From Mobula hypostoma (Eukaryota): a stretch of DNA of 64,000 nucleotides. The stretch spans positions 202,556,001 to 202,620,000 of the forward strand of contig NC_086097.1 of NCBI RefSeq assembly GCF_963921235.1, in the 5' to 3' direction. Below the pieces are notes generated by a model. It was not told the DNA's origin and searched no databases. It saw only the letters and a list, made by a program, of their open reading frames with translations. A program made the position numbers and the translations under genes. Shown piece after piece: positions 1 through 12,329 of the stretch. Positions within the stretch are counted from its first letter, which is position 1. Each line of letters begins with the position of its first letter.

Positions 1-59
1 TGTTTCGACCAACTACGGTGTTCTGCTTTAGCGGGATTTTTGTTCTCCTTCAGCTCCTC

Positions 60-300
60 TATTCAGATTTACTGGCAGTGAAAAGCACTCTTCACCCACT
101 CTCAGCCAGTGCCAACCTGTGGAGCTCTTCTCTATCACAGACATTTCCTTTGTTCTCTGCTGCTTAAAAACCGTCTGTGTTCTTGGTTTTTCCATTCTGA
201 GAAAAGGTCAGCCTGAAACGTTTCTAACAACTACGTTTTTCTCCCAATATATTCTGCTTGACGTGCTAAATGTTCCAAGCAATTTTTGTTTCCATTTTAG
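60..300 (+). mobile_element. Degenerate Penelope-like element 3' repeat remnant
   Basis: ttctgagaaaaggtcagcctgaaacgtt...ctgcttgacgtgctaaatgttccaagca resembles the CTGANGA-stem-GAAAC plus gctgcctgacctgctg tail of the Penelope 3' ends elsewhere in the window. A similar remnant lies at about 13150-13305. Confidence 0.4.
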
Positions 301-879
301 CAAAAGAACTAATCGATTGACTCTTCGTTCATTACAAACATCTTCCATTCTATCTCCATCTCAATGTAGCTTATAACCCATAATTTCGTTCAAAGAAAAT
401 GAAAGAAACGTCAGGACATATTTTAATGCACCAATGCTGTATTGTAATACAGATTTACTTGCCAGCGCCGTAATTTTGTTTCTTCAATTCCTTAAATTTC
501 TAGAACAATGCCGGAGGGTAACAATGCAGTTTGTAATGAATTTAAACAGGGCTGGTCTTGGTTAACTTAAAATTTATTGATTTTTATGACTACTTATGGA
601 ATATTACGATGATAATTTAAATAGTGGTGTGGGCGAGGCTCGCTGTGAATAATTAAACAGAGCTTTATTATGCAATGGAAAACCTATTCGTAATCAGAAT
701 CTTTAAATCCGAATATAGAGTCTTGATATAATAGTGGATGCGTATCCATATTCGAGCATTTTTTATTATTTAATAGACGAATGCAATAGTGATGCGATTA
801 ATCGCAGTTTCTGAGATGGTCAGTACATTTTTAAAAATCGTTCTGAGGCTTTCAATTTTATACTGCGTGTGTACTTCCA

Positions 880-1890
880 AAATGTAACCTTTGTTTTCGC
901 GATGTTCACGCATAAGCAACAAAGGGTGAGGAACAAGGCGTTTCTTGCCCGCAGCTCATTATACCAGAGGCGAGGGGAGATCATCGTGAAGCTGCGAGCA
1001 TCCTGCAGCACTGGGGGATACATCATGTGACGTTGCTCACATTCGGAGTGGCTGCACGTGAGGGTGGGGAGGTCCGCGAGCTGCAATGGGAATTGCCAGG
1101 GAAACGGCGCGGGCGAGCGGCATTCGGTGGGCGCCCGCTGCTTCCAGTGCTCGCCTTGGGCAAACCCAGCGAGAGGGGCGCTATCCCAACACATACACAC
1201 ACTTCACTACAGCACAGGCTTACTAACGTCCCGAGACAGCCTCATCAAACTATTAAAGCCACTCTGAAGAAGTGGAAACATCGTTTGAATATATGTCGAC
1301 TTTTTCCAACCCGTCAACGCAGTAAATTGTACACAAGTCCGAGCAATTCAATAAAAGGCCCCGCCTCCTCTCAGTTAAAACCGGTTTTTGAAAGGAGTTC
1401 TCTATCCCAGGGAAGCACTGGTGCGAGATTTACACGCAAAACAGTAAGTAAAATTCGGTGTCAGCGTGCATTAATGGGTGCCTGGCCGGGTTACAGGGCG
1501 CAGTGTAGCCCCGGACGGTTGGAAACGCCAGGTAGTATCAGTGTGTGCCCTGCACGACACTTGTCTTCGGGCCCGGCTGCTTTGTCATTCAGGAGGTGGG
1601 TGTCAGAAGCTCTCGGGAGAGTTGCAGCCGATGTTTACTGGCAGCTGCTGCTCGCCTGACAGCGGCAGTGGGAGGGAGGTTTCAGAAGGAAACGCAAACA
1701 ACTCGTGTTGGCTACCAAAAGGACACAAAGGCTGAGTCGTGGATTGTGCGTTTACTGCACTTCAAAATGCAAAAATGTTTTAAAAAGATCTCTACAACCT
1801 ACCCGTCCGGGTATCACAAGTGTCAACTGTGCATTTGAGGTTTGCGCGTCAGTGCGAGGGGTTACGGCGAGTGGAAACTCATAAAAGTAA
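880..1890. promoter_or_regulatory. CpG-rich promoter-like island (upstream or alternative promoter, possibly bidirectional)
   Basis: Visibly GC- and CpG-rich compared with AT-rich flanks, and repeat-free. GC box GGCCCCGCCTCC at 1357-1368. Consensus GTAAGT donors on + at 1444 and 1887, the latter where the island ends. Confidence 0.65.
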
Positions 1891-2116
1891 GTGTAAAACA
1901 CATCAAAGGACTTCCATTTGAATCTTATCACTTTATTTGGATTTGGACACTTTAAATATTTTAGCCCAAAGTTTAGAGCAAGTTTCTCTCATTGAAGGAT
2001 GTTATGGTTGGACCACCCTTCAAATGAATTGGGTCCGTTCAATATTTTTTGATTTGAATTAACTACTGGAGTTTTGTGAGGTGCCATACTAAAGAAAGAC
2101 ATTGTTATACAACAGG

Positions 2117-2330
2117 AGACCCAAGAGACTGCAGATGTTGGAATTTGAAGCAACGTACAAGATGCTGCAGAAACGCAGCAGATCAGGCAGTATTTCTGGA
2201 GGAAAATGTTATTGGACCTCATCTGGACTAGTCATTTGTGGACATCAGCTGTGCACTTTTCATAGAGGTGGAAGAGATTTAGCTAGTTATGACGCTTAAC
2301 CTGTTGAGTTCCTCCAGTATCTTGTGCATT
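2117..2330. mobile_element. Degenerate Penelope-type 3' end fragments
   Basis: ctgcagatgttggaatttgaagcaac...gcagcagatcaggcag matches the reverse complement of the 45680-45760 tail. Confidence 0.5.
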
Positions 2331-3069
2331 GTATTGTTATACAACAGTTTGATTGTGAACATTTTGCAGTTCTCATTTTAGTATTTCTTATTTTAGATAA
2401 ACTGATTACCAATGCTTAAAATCATAATATGACACTTCATGACTGAATGAAATGTTTGGTCTGTTCATAGACAGTTGAGAACTGGTAGTCATATGAATCC
2501 CTTTGTGTCTTGTGTATCTCCCAGGTTGCTTGTGAATTTTCATTCAGATTCCATTTTCATTTTTGAGAGATGGAGTTCTTTAAAAACAGTTTTGTTTTGA
2601 ACTGACAAGATTGTGTATATCCCCTCCCTATTATTATGCAAAAGTGCCATTAAGAAAAAGAACATCTTACATAAACGGGTACATCCATAGTAACAAAGTA
2701 ATGAAACCAAAGTTACAAAAGTGATTGAAAATTTTGTTTGAAAACCCCTACTGTGAATTAGATAGATTACTTGCTTTTTAAATAATCACAATATGATAAG
2801 CACTTCTGGTGTAGGGCTTCTGGATTACCTTGTGTACCAAAACTGTTAGTGCAACCTATTTGACTTTATAATTACTATTCATGGATAGAAATTCATCAAG
2901 ATAATTGAGGAAAAATACTGGCACCAACGCAGAGGAAGAAAACCAAAAGGGGCAGTCTAAAACCTTGTTTAGAGGCAAGTTTGGGGGAGGAGTGTATTTG
3001 CAGAGGAAGAGGAGATTCCAGATATGGACCTTGATGAAAGAAGGCATAGTTGTTTTTTTTATTATTATT

Positions 3070-5190
3070 ATTATTATTGGCAATCGTACCAAGATACAGT
3101 TAGACCATGGAGCTGAGGCTGGTTCCCATGATGTATTGAGCTGTGTCCACAATTCTCTGTAGTTTCTTGCAGACACTGGCAGGCAGTTGTCATACCTAGT
3201 CATTATGCATCCAGATAGGAAGCTTTCTTTAGTGCATTGATAAAGATTGGTAAGAACTTATGGGGATATGACAAATTTCTTTAGCCCTTGAGGAAGCAGA
3301 GATAATGGTGAACTTTATTGACCAAGGGGTATACGTGGTTGGACCAGGACAGGTTATTGGTGATGTTAACTCGTAAGTGCTCTCGACCCTCTTAACTTTA
3401 TCACTATTAATGTAAACAGGAGCACTTATCACCCCTTTCCTAAAGTCAATGACCAGCTCTTTTGTTGTGCCGACACTGACAGATAAGTTGTTATCATGAC
3501 ACCATGCCATCAGGTATCCTCCTTGAACCCCAATTCATCATTATATGAGATATGACGCACCATGGTAGAATCATTTGCAAACTTGCAAATCAGATTACAG
3601 CAGAATATGTCTATGCAGTCATGAGTATACAGGGAGTGCAATTGGGGACTGAGGATATAACGTTGTGGAGCACCAGTCTGAGAATAATCATGATGGAGGT
3701 GTTGCTGTCCATTCTTACTGATTGTGATCTGTTGGTCAGGAAATCAAGGATCCAGTTGCAATGGGAAATGTTGAGTCCCAGGTCTAGGAGTTTGGTGATA
3801 AACTTGCTTGGAATTATAGTATTGAAGGCAGAGCTTTATCAATAAACAATAGTCATCTTTACTGTCCAGATGCTCCAGAGATGACTGTAGTTCCAGGGAG
3901 ATGTTGTCTGTTGTAGACTGTTGAATTTATGAATTACAGTGGGTTGAGGTCCTCTGTAAAGCTGATGTGTGCCTTGAGCAACCTATCAAAGCACTGTGAT
4001 GATGGAAGTTAGAGTCACTGGGTGGAAGTCATTAAACTATATTACCTTGTTCTTCTTAGGTCCTGGGACGATAGTGATCTTAGTAAAGTAGGTGGGAACA
4101 GGCAGAGATTAAAAATGTCTGCAAATACTCTGACAGCTGATCTGCACAGCATCTAAGAACGTGGCCAGGGACACCATCTTGGTCAAGTGCTTTCTTTAGG
4201 TTCACTCTCTGGAAGACTGATCTTGCGTCTGCAATGGTGACTGTGTGTTCAGTGGCATCGTAGGCTTTTGGGATGGGTGGTGACATTCGGTTCAAAATGT
4301 GCATAGAATGAGGAAAGCTGCCAATCTCATTTTGTAGCCTTTAGCTCATGTAAACCCTGCTGCGACTGATGGCTGGTTTGGGACTTGACTTTGGAGTTGT
4401 ATTCTCTCTTGACATCTCTGATAGCTTTATGAAGGTTGTGTCATGGTTTCTTGTAAAGGTCAGTGTCACCTGGTTTGAATGTTGCAGTCATAGACTTCAT
4501 TAGGGAATGGATCTCACAGTTCATCGATGGTGTCTGGTTTAGGAACACCTGGATTATCCTCTTTGATACACAGTCCTCAGTATGTTTGCTGATAAAGTCT
4601 GTGATGATGATAACATACTTATGTTAGGTGGCAGCAATGTCTTTGAATGTAGACTAATCTGTCAACTCAAAGCAGTGATGTAGAAGCTCATCTCTTTCCT
4701 CAGAGAAGCACTGAATGAGTTTCTGTACTGGATTCCTATATTTCAGCTTCTGTTTGTACACAGGGAGAAGGAACACAGCCTAGTGGTCTGATTTACCAAA
4801 GTGTGGAAGGGGAGCGGGGGACAGTAGAATGTGTCTCTGTCATCGTCTTTGGTTGGGTTGCAATGGTCAAGGGTGTTTGAGCCCCTGGTGGGACAGGAGA
4901 CATACTAGTAGTGCTTTGTTAATGCACTCTTGAAGTTGGCCTGGTTGAAGTCACTGACAAAGATGGATAAGGGTCTTGGGTATCCTGTTTCGAGGCTGTT
5001 GACCACACGAGTATAGTTCATTGAGTGCATGTTTTGCATCTGTCTGAAGTGGTACCTAGACTGCTGTCTGGATAGCTGAATTGAATTCCTATGGCTGATA
5101 GCATGGGCGACACCACTGCTAGAAATTCCAAACTTGCAAGAACTATCATGTCCAAGCACCATGAGGAGTTGATTAAGAAGCAGATCCCCT
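3070..5190 (-). mobile_element. Rex1/Babar-type LINE, degenerate
   Basis: Minus-strand peptides AWCHDNNLSVSVGTTKELVIDFRK, KKALDQDGVPGHVLRCCADQL and FVSDFNQANFKSAL are RT and AP-endonuclease remnants. Confidence 0.75.
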
Positions 5191-6180
5191 AGGAGACAAT
5201 GGAGGGGATTTTGAAGGCTCTGGCAGAAATATTCAAATTTTCTCCAATCACAGAAGAGATACCAGGTGAATGCGGTACATTGAAGGTGGTACTTAAGAGG
5301 AACAAGTCGGACGTGATGATATCCAGTGAGTCTAATACCAGTGCCAGGAAATTTAGAAAATATTTCTGAGGGATGAAATTAATCAGTACTTACAAAGGTA
5401 GCAATTGATCAGGGATATACATGTGTCTTTATTGTGATGTTCTAAAACTGATTTTTGAGGAGGTTTGTCAGTCAGGGTAGTTTACATGAACTTCAATAAG
5501 GCCTATGGCAGGGAGGCTAGTTCAAAGGTGAGATCCAGGGGATCCAGGAAATATCAGTAAGTTGGATGAAAAAAATCGCCGTTATTGATGGTGTGGAAGG
5601 TAGTCTTTGGCCATTGGACATCTGGTAAATGAACAGAGAAATGGAAGATGGAATTAATTTTCAAAAAGGTGAGGTGTTGCATTTTAGGAGGACTTGAAAG
5701 ATGCATACAGTAAGTAGGATCCTTAGAAATACTGAGGAGCAGAGAGACCAGGTACAAGTTCAAGAACCCCTGAAGGCAGCAGCACAAGTAATTAAGATAT
5801 TTCAGAAGGCAATGCAGTGCATTTGTCTTTATATCTGAGGCACAGAACATAAGGGCCAAATGTTGTAATGTAACTACGTCAAACATTGATTCGAGCATAT
5901 GCCTTCTGCAGTTATGTCACCATATCATTACAATAATGATTTTCATGGAGAGGATGCAGAGGAGATTGATGGGGATGTTGTCTGGAATGGAGTGTTTCAG
6001 CAATGAGGAGAGGTTGAAGAGGTTTGATTTGTTCTTTGGAATGGAGAAGGCTAAGGAGGGCCTATTTTTTTTATAAAAAATGATTCAGAATATAAATCAG
6101 GAGGAATCTTCCCCCTACCAGGTGTATCTATAGCCAAGACGGCACAGGGTTAAGATAAAGGGTTGGAATTTTAGAGTGGA
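5190..6180 (+). mobile_element. CR1 LINE fragments
   Basis: Degenerate CR1 ORF2 and 3' sequence, similar to the copies at 49403-51796 and 62700-63890. Confidence 0.65.
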
Positions 6181-6202
6181 GTTTAATAAAAATTATGGGT
6201 AT

Positions 6203-6560
6203 CACAGTGGTATGGCTAATGGAGCTGCTCCTTTATACCCCAGATCCCATTCTGATATTCTCTGTGTGAAGTTTGTAACTGTCTCTGACCAGATGGGTTT
6301 GCTCCAATTTCCACCCACAATCCAAAGATGCATGACTGATAGTTTCTTAAGACCATAAGGCAAAGGAGCAGAATTTGGCCTTTTGAGTTTGCTCTGTCAC
6401 TACAAATTGCATTAGTGTGCAGGAAAGTGATAGGATCTGGTCTGGACATTTGGAATTTGGGGAGAATAGAACACAGAAACATTTATGGGGGAGTGGGAAT
6501 GCTTTCAAAACCAACATAGAGTCATGAACTGAGTGCCTTTTTCTATCTTGTATGGAAACA
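6203..6560 (+). mobile_element. V-SINE (HE1-like) remnant
   Basis: tgtgtgaagtttg...tgggtttgctccaatttcccacccacaatccaaagatg resembles the V-SINE central domain (recalled, not searched). Confidence 0.5.
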
Positions 6561-7184
6561 CGGGAAGAATATTTTTAACCAGAGGATGAGTGCAATCTGG
6601 AACATGCTGCCTGAGGGGATGGTAGGAGTGGGTGCTCTCGTAACATGAAGAAGGACATTTAGAATACCATTGTAACAAAATCTATGGGCCAAATGATAGA
6701 ATTGTGTATAATTTGTAGACCATGAGTGGAGATATTAGTGTTTGAACACCTACTTCATATCTGCAGATGACATGATCATTGCAGGCATTCTTGGGAGCTC
6801 TGAGGAGAGAGAAATGGAAAAGTTATTGGTGGAACTTCTCTGGTCTCCTTTCATGAGTTTCATGAATTATCAAACACAGACTGAAGTGTGAAACCTTAAA
6901 GAAGGTGTGGGGGGGGGCGGGGGAGGTGGGGAAGAATCAGTTGGATCATCAGCCCAATTCCAACTCTTTGAAAGAATTGTCCAGTTTAATCCCACACCCA
7001 AGCCTTTTCTCATTTTACATCTTTACATTGCAATTTAATTCTCTTCATGTACAAGTGTTGCTGCTACTTGAAAATTTCTATGAATGTGATAGGATTCTAT
7101 CACTCTCCTGCACATCAAGGCAATCAGTAGTGGCAGAACAGACTTGATGGGCTGAATGGCCTAATTCTGCACTTTTAAGATGTG

Positions 7185-7276
7185 CTACACTTAATTTGCT
7201 GGAGGAACTCAGCAAGTCAGGAAGCATCTATGAAAATGAATACAGTCAATGTTTCAGACCAAGACCTTTCATTAGT
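7185..7276 (-). mobile_element. Penelope 3' repeat fragment with degenerate hammerhead
   Basis: Reverse complement reads ctaatgaaaggtcttggtctgaaacattgactg...ctgacttgctgagttcctccagca. Confidence 0.65.
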
Positions 7277-7879
7277 AATCAGATGACACTTTTAAATGAC
7301 AGCTCAAATCCCATGTGTTTAACCTTGCTTTTAAATAACTTTTTGCCTTTCATTTTCATATTTGCACTTTATCCCATTGTAAAGCAATTTGAACAACATA
7401 GTTTGTATGAAAAGTGCTGAATAAATAAGGTGGTGTTATTATTACAGTCAACACTGAGGTGTCCAAATTTTTGTTTGAGTCATTTTCAGACTTGAGTAGA
7501 AAACTCTGGCTGAAACGTTGTGGTACTTGATGTACCAGTATATGGAAGACCTGGATAGCTTAATAATACCAAACAGTGAATGATGCTTATTTGATATATT
7601 TTGGTTAAATTCTGTCACACAGATTGGAGAAAATGCAGAAATTGAATTAAAACAGAGGGTTAAAATTTGGTGTTAGCTAAATGGCTCATCTGACTTGTCT
7701 GAATATTGAACAGTGCAGTGTGTCCCTCTTTCTCCAGGAGGATGATTATTAAGTTTCAATGGTTACAGATTGTATATTTTCCCCTTCCTTTACTGTTCTC
7801 AAACCCACTTTATATTATAAGCGTTCTCATTCAACCCCAGACATAAACTGAATTGCCCCCTCTCATCCCAGCTCTGCAT

Positions 7880-8268
7880 CTCTCCTCTTTTCCCACCACT
7901 CTGCCCCTCTGACCCTCAACACAAGAGCCCCCCAGGGCTGTGTCCTAAGCCCCTTCCTTTAATCTCTGTCTTCCCATGACTGCGTCGCCACCCACAGCTT
8001 CAATCTGCTAATTAAATTTGCAGATGATACACTGATTGGCCTTATCTCAAATAATAACGAGGCAGCCTACAGAGAAGAAGTTATTAATTTATGCTGACAC
8101 AATTGTATTTCTAAGCTATCTTGACTGTTCTGTTGTATATCTTGCTGTACATACTATTTATTACAATTACTATAAATTGCACATTGCACATTCAGACAGA
8201 GACTGAACATAAAGATTTTTACTCATGTATGTGAAGGATGTAAGAATTAAAGTTAATTCAATTCAATT
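7880..8268 (+). mobile_element. Rex1/Babar-type LINE 3' fragment
   Basis: Encodes LTLNTRAPQGCVLSP...KFADD-like RT remnant and ends in a short attca-repeat tail. Confidence 0.6.
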
Positions 8269-8444
8269 GAATCTACTCACTCCTATCACACCGTCAATTA
8301 CTTTAATTCTTACTTCACTACTTTCTCTTACTCTACTGTCTATGTAGCTGAGAAATTGATGAAGAAGAGCTTATTGTTTCATATGACTTCTGCGACTACT
8401 GAAAAGTCATTTATTGGAACTAATATAGTTTTTTCCTTAAGGTT

Positions 8445-9015
8445 GTCCTAGCCAGGGGAGGTAGTAGGGATAAACTTCTACTATCTATTAAATGCTCCCA
8501 GTGGTGTGTATCTCAAATAGCCTCTGACACCAAGTCTAGCTCCTGGCCTTCACGTGTTGTTTAGCTACTAAAGCTGTTGGAAGCATTTCTACTGACAGGG
8601 GAAGGGACAAAGGTGGGTTACTGGCACCTTAAAACTGGTCATTTTGGGCAAATAGGGCTCGGTCAGCCTTAGTTGGCAGCTTAACTAGGAGGAGGAAAAC
8701 TGATCTCAATCCTCTGCTGCCTTCCCCATTCATGGGGAAGGCTTCAGGAGTAAATCCTGAGGGGAAAAATTTGGAATTGGAGTCCCTTAGGGATTCATAC
8801 GTTGAGTTCAAAGCTAACTGACAATTCCTGTGATGCTGCTGGTGCCAAACTGTATCAGTCTCTGCTTTTCCTTTGGATTCATCAGCTGCGGGGAGAGGTG
8901 GAGCCTGCTGCCTGGGCAACAGCTTGCTGTTATTGTCCTTCTTTGGATTGCGAATCATGTAGACTGGTAGCATGCAATATCCATGGTTGACCCTGACCAA
9001 TGGAGGGCCTCAACA
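8445..9015 (+). mobile_element. Non-coding SINE-like repeat, copy 1
   Basis: Colinear with the reverse complement of 15268-15745; shared blocks include tttctactgacaggggaaggg, ctgctggtgccaaactgtatc and cctttggattcatcag. Confidence 0.7.
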
Positions 9016-9184
9016 ATATTGGCCAATATTAGAGTTGCCCAGAGTTCGTCGTTTGGTTGCTTTAGGTCTGTTGTGTATATGTACTGTATACTTGGATGAC
9101 AGAACCAAGTACAATATCACCAACTCTGAAATAGAACAGTTCAATATTTTTTCAAGAAATAATAAAGTAGCAATACATTTTTCT

Positions 9185-9547
9185 GCAACACTCACAACAT
9201 GCTGCAGGAACTCAGCAGGTCGGGCAGCATCCGTGGAAAAGATCGGTTGACGTTTCGGGCCGGAACCCTTCGTCAGGACTGTAGGGGGAAGGGGCAGAGG
9301 CCCTATAAAGAAGGTGGGGGGAGGGTGGGAAGGAGAAGGCTGGTAGGTTCCAGGTGAAAAACCAGTAAGGGGAAAGATAAAGGGGTGGGGGAGGGGAAGC
9401 AGGGAGGTGATAGGCAGGAAAGGTGAAGAAAGAATAGGGGAAAACACAATGGGTAGTAGAAGGAGGCGGAACCAAGAGGGAGGTGGTAGGCAGCTGGGGA
9501 AGGGGGCAGAGTGACATAGGGATAGGGGAAGGGAGGGGGAGGGAATT
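9185..9547 (-). mobile_element. Penelope-like element 3' repeat (inverted copy) with hammerhead motif
   Basis: Reverse complement has a pyrimidine-rich 3' UTR, then agtcCTGACGAagggttccggcccGAAAcGTC and the gatgctgcccgacctgctgagttcctgcagca tail. Confidence 0.85.
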
Positions 9548-9555
9548 TATATACT

Positions 9556-9745
9556 TGGTATGAACATAGAATTCTCCAACTTCCAGTAATTCCCTCCCCC
9601 TCCCTTCCTCCACTGACTGAAAGACAGTCTGTAGACTACTTTCTACAAACTGAAAGAGAGTCCTGACGAAGGGTCTTGGCCCGAAAAGTCGACTGTGCTT
9701 CTTCCTATGGATGCTGCCTTGTCTGCTGGATTGCACCAGCATTTT
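9556..9745 (+). mobile_element. Penelope-like element ORF end plus shortened 3' repeat
   Basis: ggtatgaacatagaattctccaacttccagtaa encodes GMNIEFSNFQ*, compare GMNIDFSNFC* at 45339. Followed by agtcCTGACGAagggtcttggcccGAAAaGTCgact at 9659-9694. Confidence 0.85.
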
Positions 9746-9799
9746 CTATGTTTAGGAAATATAGCATTCCCTTCTGCAAACGTTATAATCTAAAACAAA

Positions 9800-11270
9800 G
9801 CACGGCTAAGGGAAGGACCGGTCTGGCAAATAAATGTTCCAGGGTACAAGTACTAGAGATGGCATAGAACTGGATGATAGTGAGGAGGGGGAGTTGCATT
9901 TCTGATTAAGGAAAACATCACGATTGTCAGATATGAAATTACTAAGGGATCTTCCAGTGACTACTACCACTAGATATACTTCCAGTGAGGTCTTATGGAT
10001 GGACCTGAAATGATCACCTTATTGGACTTGTGCAAAAAGCTTAATAATCAACTGAAATTAGCAGAACAAACATAAAGGGGGATTGCAGAAAGTTGCAAGA
10101 ATAATAGGGTTGTCATAGTATGGATTTAATTTTCCTAATATAGGCTGGGACTGCCATAGTGCTAAAGGCTTGTAGATGGGATGGAATTTAAGTGTGTTGA
10201 GGAAAGCTTTCTCATTCAGTATATGGTCTTCCCAGGGAGAAGGCAAAGCTTGGGCAGAGCAGGTTTTTCAAGATGGCACCAGTGTACATCTGTGACTCTG
10301 TGGCTGCAGGAAATAAAGTGATTGAGGTGTCGGTTGGGCTGGGATACTCTCGAAGCAGTACCCATAGTACTGTTAGTTTTAAGTTAGTTATGGAAAGGGG
10401 TAGACCTGGTCAACAAGATAAAGTTCTAAGTTGTAAGTCGATTAGACAGCGAATTGCAAAAGTTGATTGAGGGAGTTTGTTTGCAGGCAGGCAAAGGGAT
10501 GTCTGGCAAATGGAGGCTTTTAAAAGTAAGCTATTGAGAGTTCAAGATTTGCATATTCCTGGTAGTATGAAGGGCAATGCTGGTAGGCATAGGAAACCCT
10601 GGATAATGAAGGATGTTGAGTTGTTGGGCAAGAAGGAGGCATGGTAACTGTGATACAGGTAGCTGGGATCCAGTGAATCTCTGGAGGGGTATATGGGATG
10701 CAGGGGTACACGCAGCGGGAAAATATCAGAAAGGCAAAAAGATAACCTTAGCAAAGAAGATTTGGAGAATCATAAGAGATTTTTATAAGTATACTAATGG
10801 GAAAAAGTAAATTGAGAGATAATAGTGTGCCTCAAAACCAAAGTGGATGTCTTTGTGCAGAGCCTCAAGAAATGGGCAACGTCCTCAATGAGTATTTCTG
10901 CTGTTTTTACCATGGAAAAAGACATGAAGCTGTCAGACCCTGGGGTAGCCTGCTTTACAGCATAGGAGGTACTGGATGTCTTGAAATGTATGAAGGTAGT
11001 TAAATCTCTAAAGCCTAATCAGCTGTATCCAAGAACACTGTGGTAAGCTAGAGAAGAAATTGTGGAGCCCCTCACTGAGATGTGTATTATTTTTGGTGAC
11101 GTGATTGGAAATGTTGGAAGACTGGTGAGTAGCTAATGTTACGCCGTTAATGTTATATGGTAGGTAAATTATGAGAGGGGATTCTGAAGGATAAGATGTA
11201 CAAACATCTGGAAAGATAGGAATTGATTCGGGATTTTCAACATGGCTTTGTGCATGGCAGACTGATCTTT
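9800..11270 (+). mobile_element. CR1 LINE ORF2 remnant
   Basis: Peptides such as EPQEMGNVLNEYF resemble EPEEIAEVLNEYFASVF of the CR1 at 50.4 kb. Confidence 0.75.
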
Positions 11271-11622
11271 TAACCTGCTCCACCTGAATTTAACTCGTCC
11301 CTCCTACATAGACCATAATGCTCTATTTTTCTTTCATACATATGCTTATCTGAGTCTTACATGTTCACAACGTATTGGCCTCTACCACCATCCTTGGGAG
11401 TGCATTCGAAGCACTTACCAGATTGTGTGTATATAAAAAAAAAACCTACCTCCGACATCATGCTTAAAAATTCCACCACTCACCTTAAAAGGATGTCATC
11501 TCGTCCTGCCGCCCTGAGGAGAAAGGTGCTGGCTCTCCTCTCTACCTGTGCTACTTATATTCTTCATCACACCTTTCAAGTCTAATCTGCCTTTGCTTTA
11601 AAAAGAAAAGCTGTAGCTAATT

Positions 11623-12088
11623 GGCCAGGTAGCATCTCTAGGAAGAGGTACAGTCGACCACCTCCCCCTCATACCCCATCAGTTATATATTTTTATACAC
11701 ACATTCTTTCTCTCACTCTCCTTTTTCTCCCTCTGTCCCTCTGACTATACCCCTTGCCCATCCTCTGGGTTCCCACCCCCATCCTTGTCTTTCTCCCCTG
11801 GCCTCCTGTCCCATGATCCTCTCATATCCCCTTTGCCAATCACCTGTCCAGCTCTTGGCTCCTTTCCCCCCCCCACATGCATCTTCTCCTATCATTTTGG
11901 ATCTCCCCCTCCCCCTTCCACTTTCAAATCTCTTACTAACTCTTCCTTCAGTTAGTCCTGACGAAGGGTCTCGGCCCGAAACGTCAACTGTACCTCTTCC
12001 TAGAGATGCTGCCTGGCCTGCTGCGTTCACCAGCAACTTTGATGTGTGTTGCTTGAATTTCCATCATCTGCAAAATTTCTGTTGTTTG
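11623..12088 (+). mobile_element. Penelope-derived insertion with 14-bp TSD, 5' inversion and hammerhead motif
   Basis: TSD agctgtagctaatt at 11609-11622 and 12089-12102. The body closely matches 45343-45764. It interrupts a minus-strand CR1 3' fragment. Confidence 0.9.
11954..11989 (+). ncRNA. Minimal type I hammerhead ribozyme motif
   Basis: agtc-CTGACGA-a-gggt(ctcg)gccc-GAAA-CG-TC-aact: intact core, one helix I mismatch next to the cleavage site. Confidence 0.7.
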
Positions 12089-12329
12089 AGCTGTAGCTAA
12101 TTCCACCTTTTGTCATTAGACATGTTCTCAAATCCAGGTGGTACCCTGGTAAATCTCCTTTGCACCCTCTGTAAAGCTTCTGCATCTTTCCTATGATGTG
12201 AAGCTCACTCAAATTTTCTTGAACAATTTTTTGTGACAAATTTCATGTGTCATAAATTTGAGTTTTTTGAAGAACTAATCAAGAAGTCGATGGGGGCAGG
12301 GTGGTAGATGTTGGACATTTTTTATTTGA

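Noticed and set aside
1027..1659. 210-aa ORF in the CpG island
   Set aside because: Non-ATG start, no recognisable domain, and long stop-free frames are expected in GC-rich sequence.
3052..3078. T-run plus (ATT)n microsatellite
   Set aside because: Ordinary short simple repeat beside a LINE fragment.
8500..8600. HDV-like ribozyme at the 5' end of the SINE-like repeat
   Set aside because: I could not build the nested double pseudoknot by eye, so it is unsupported without a structure search.
11813..12100. Recurrent small ORFs (SPDEGSRPETST...) at 9.0-9.7, 11.8 and 45.6 kb as a peptide family
   Set aside because: These are translations of the non-coding Penelope 3' repeat. The recurring residues reflect the hammerhead nucleotides.
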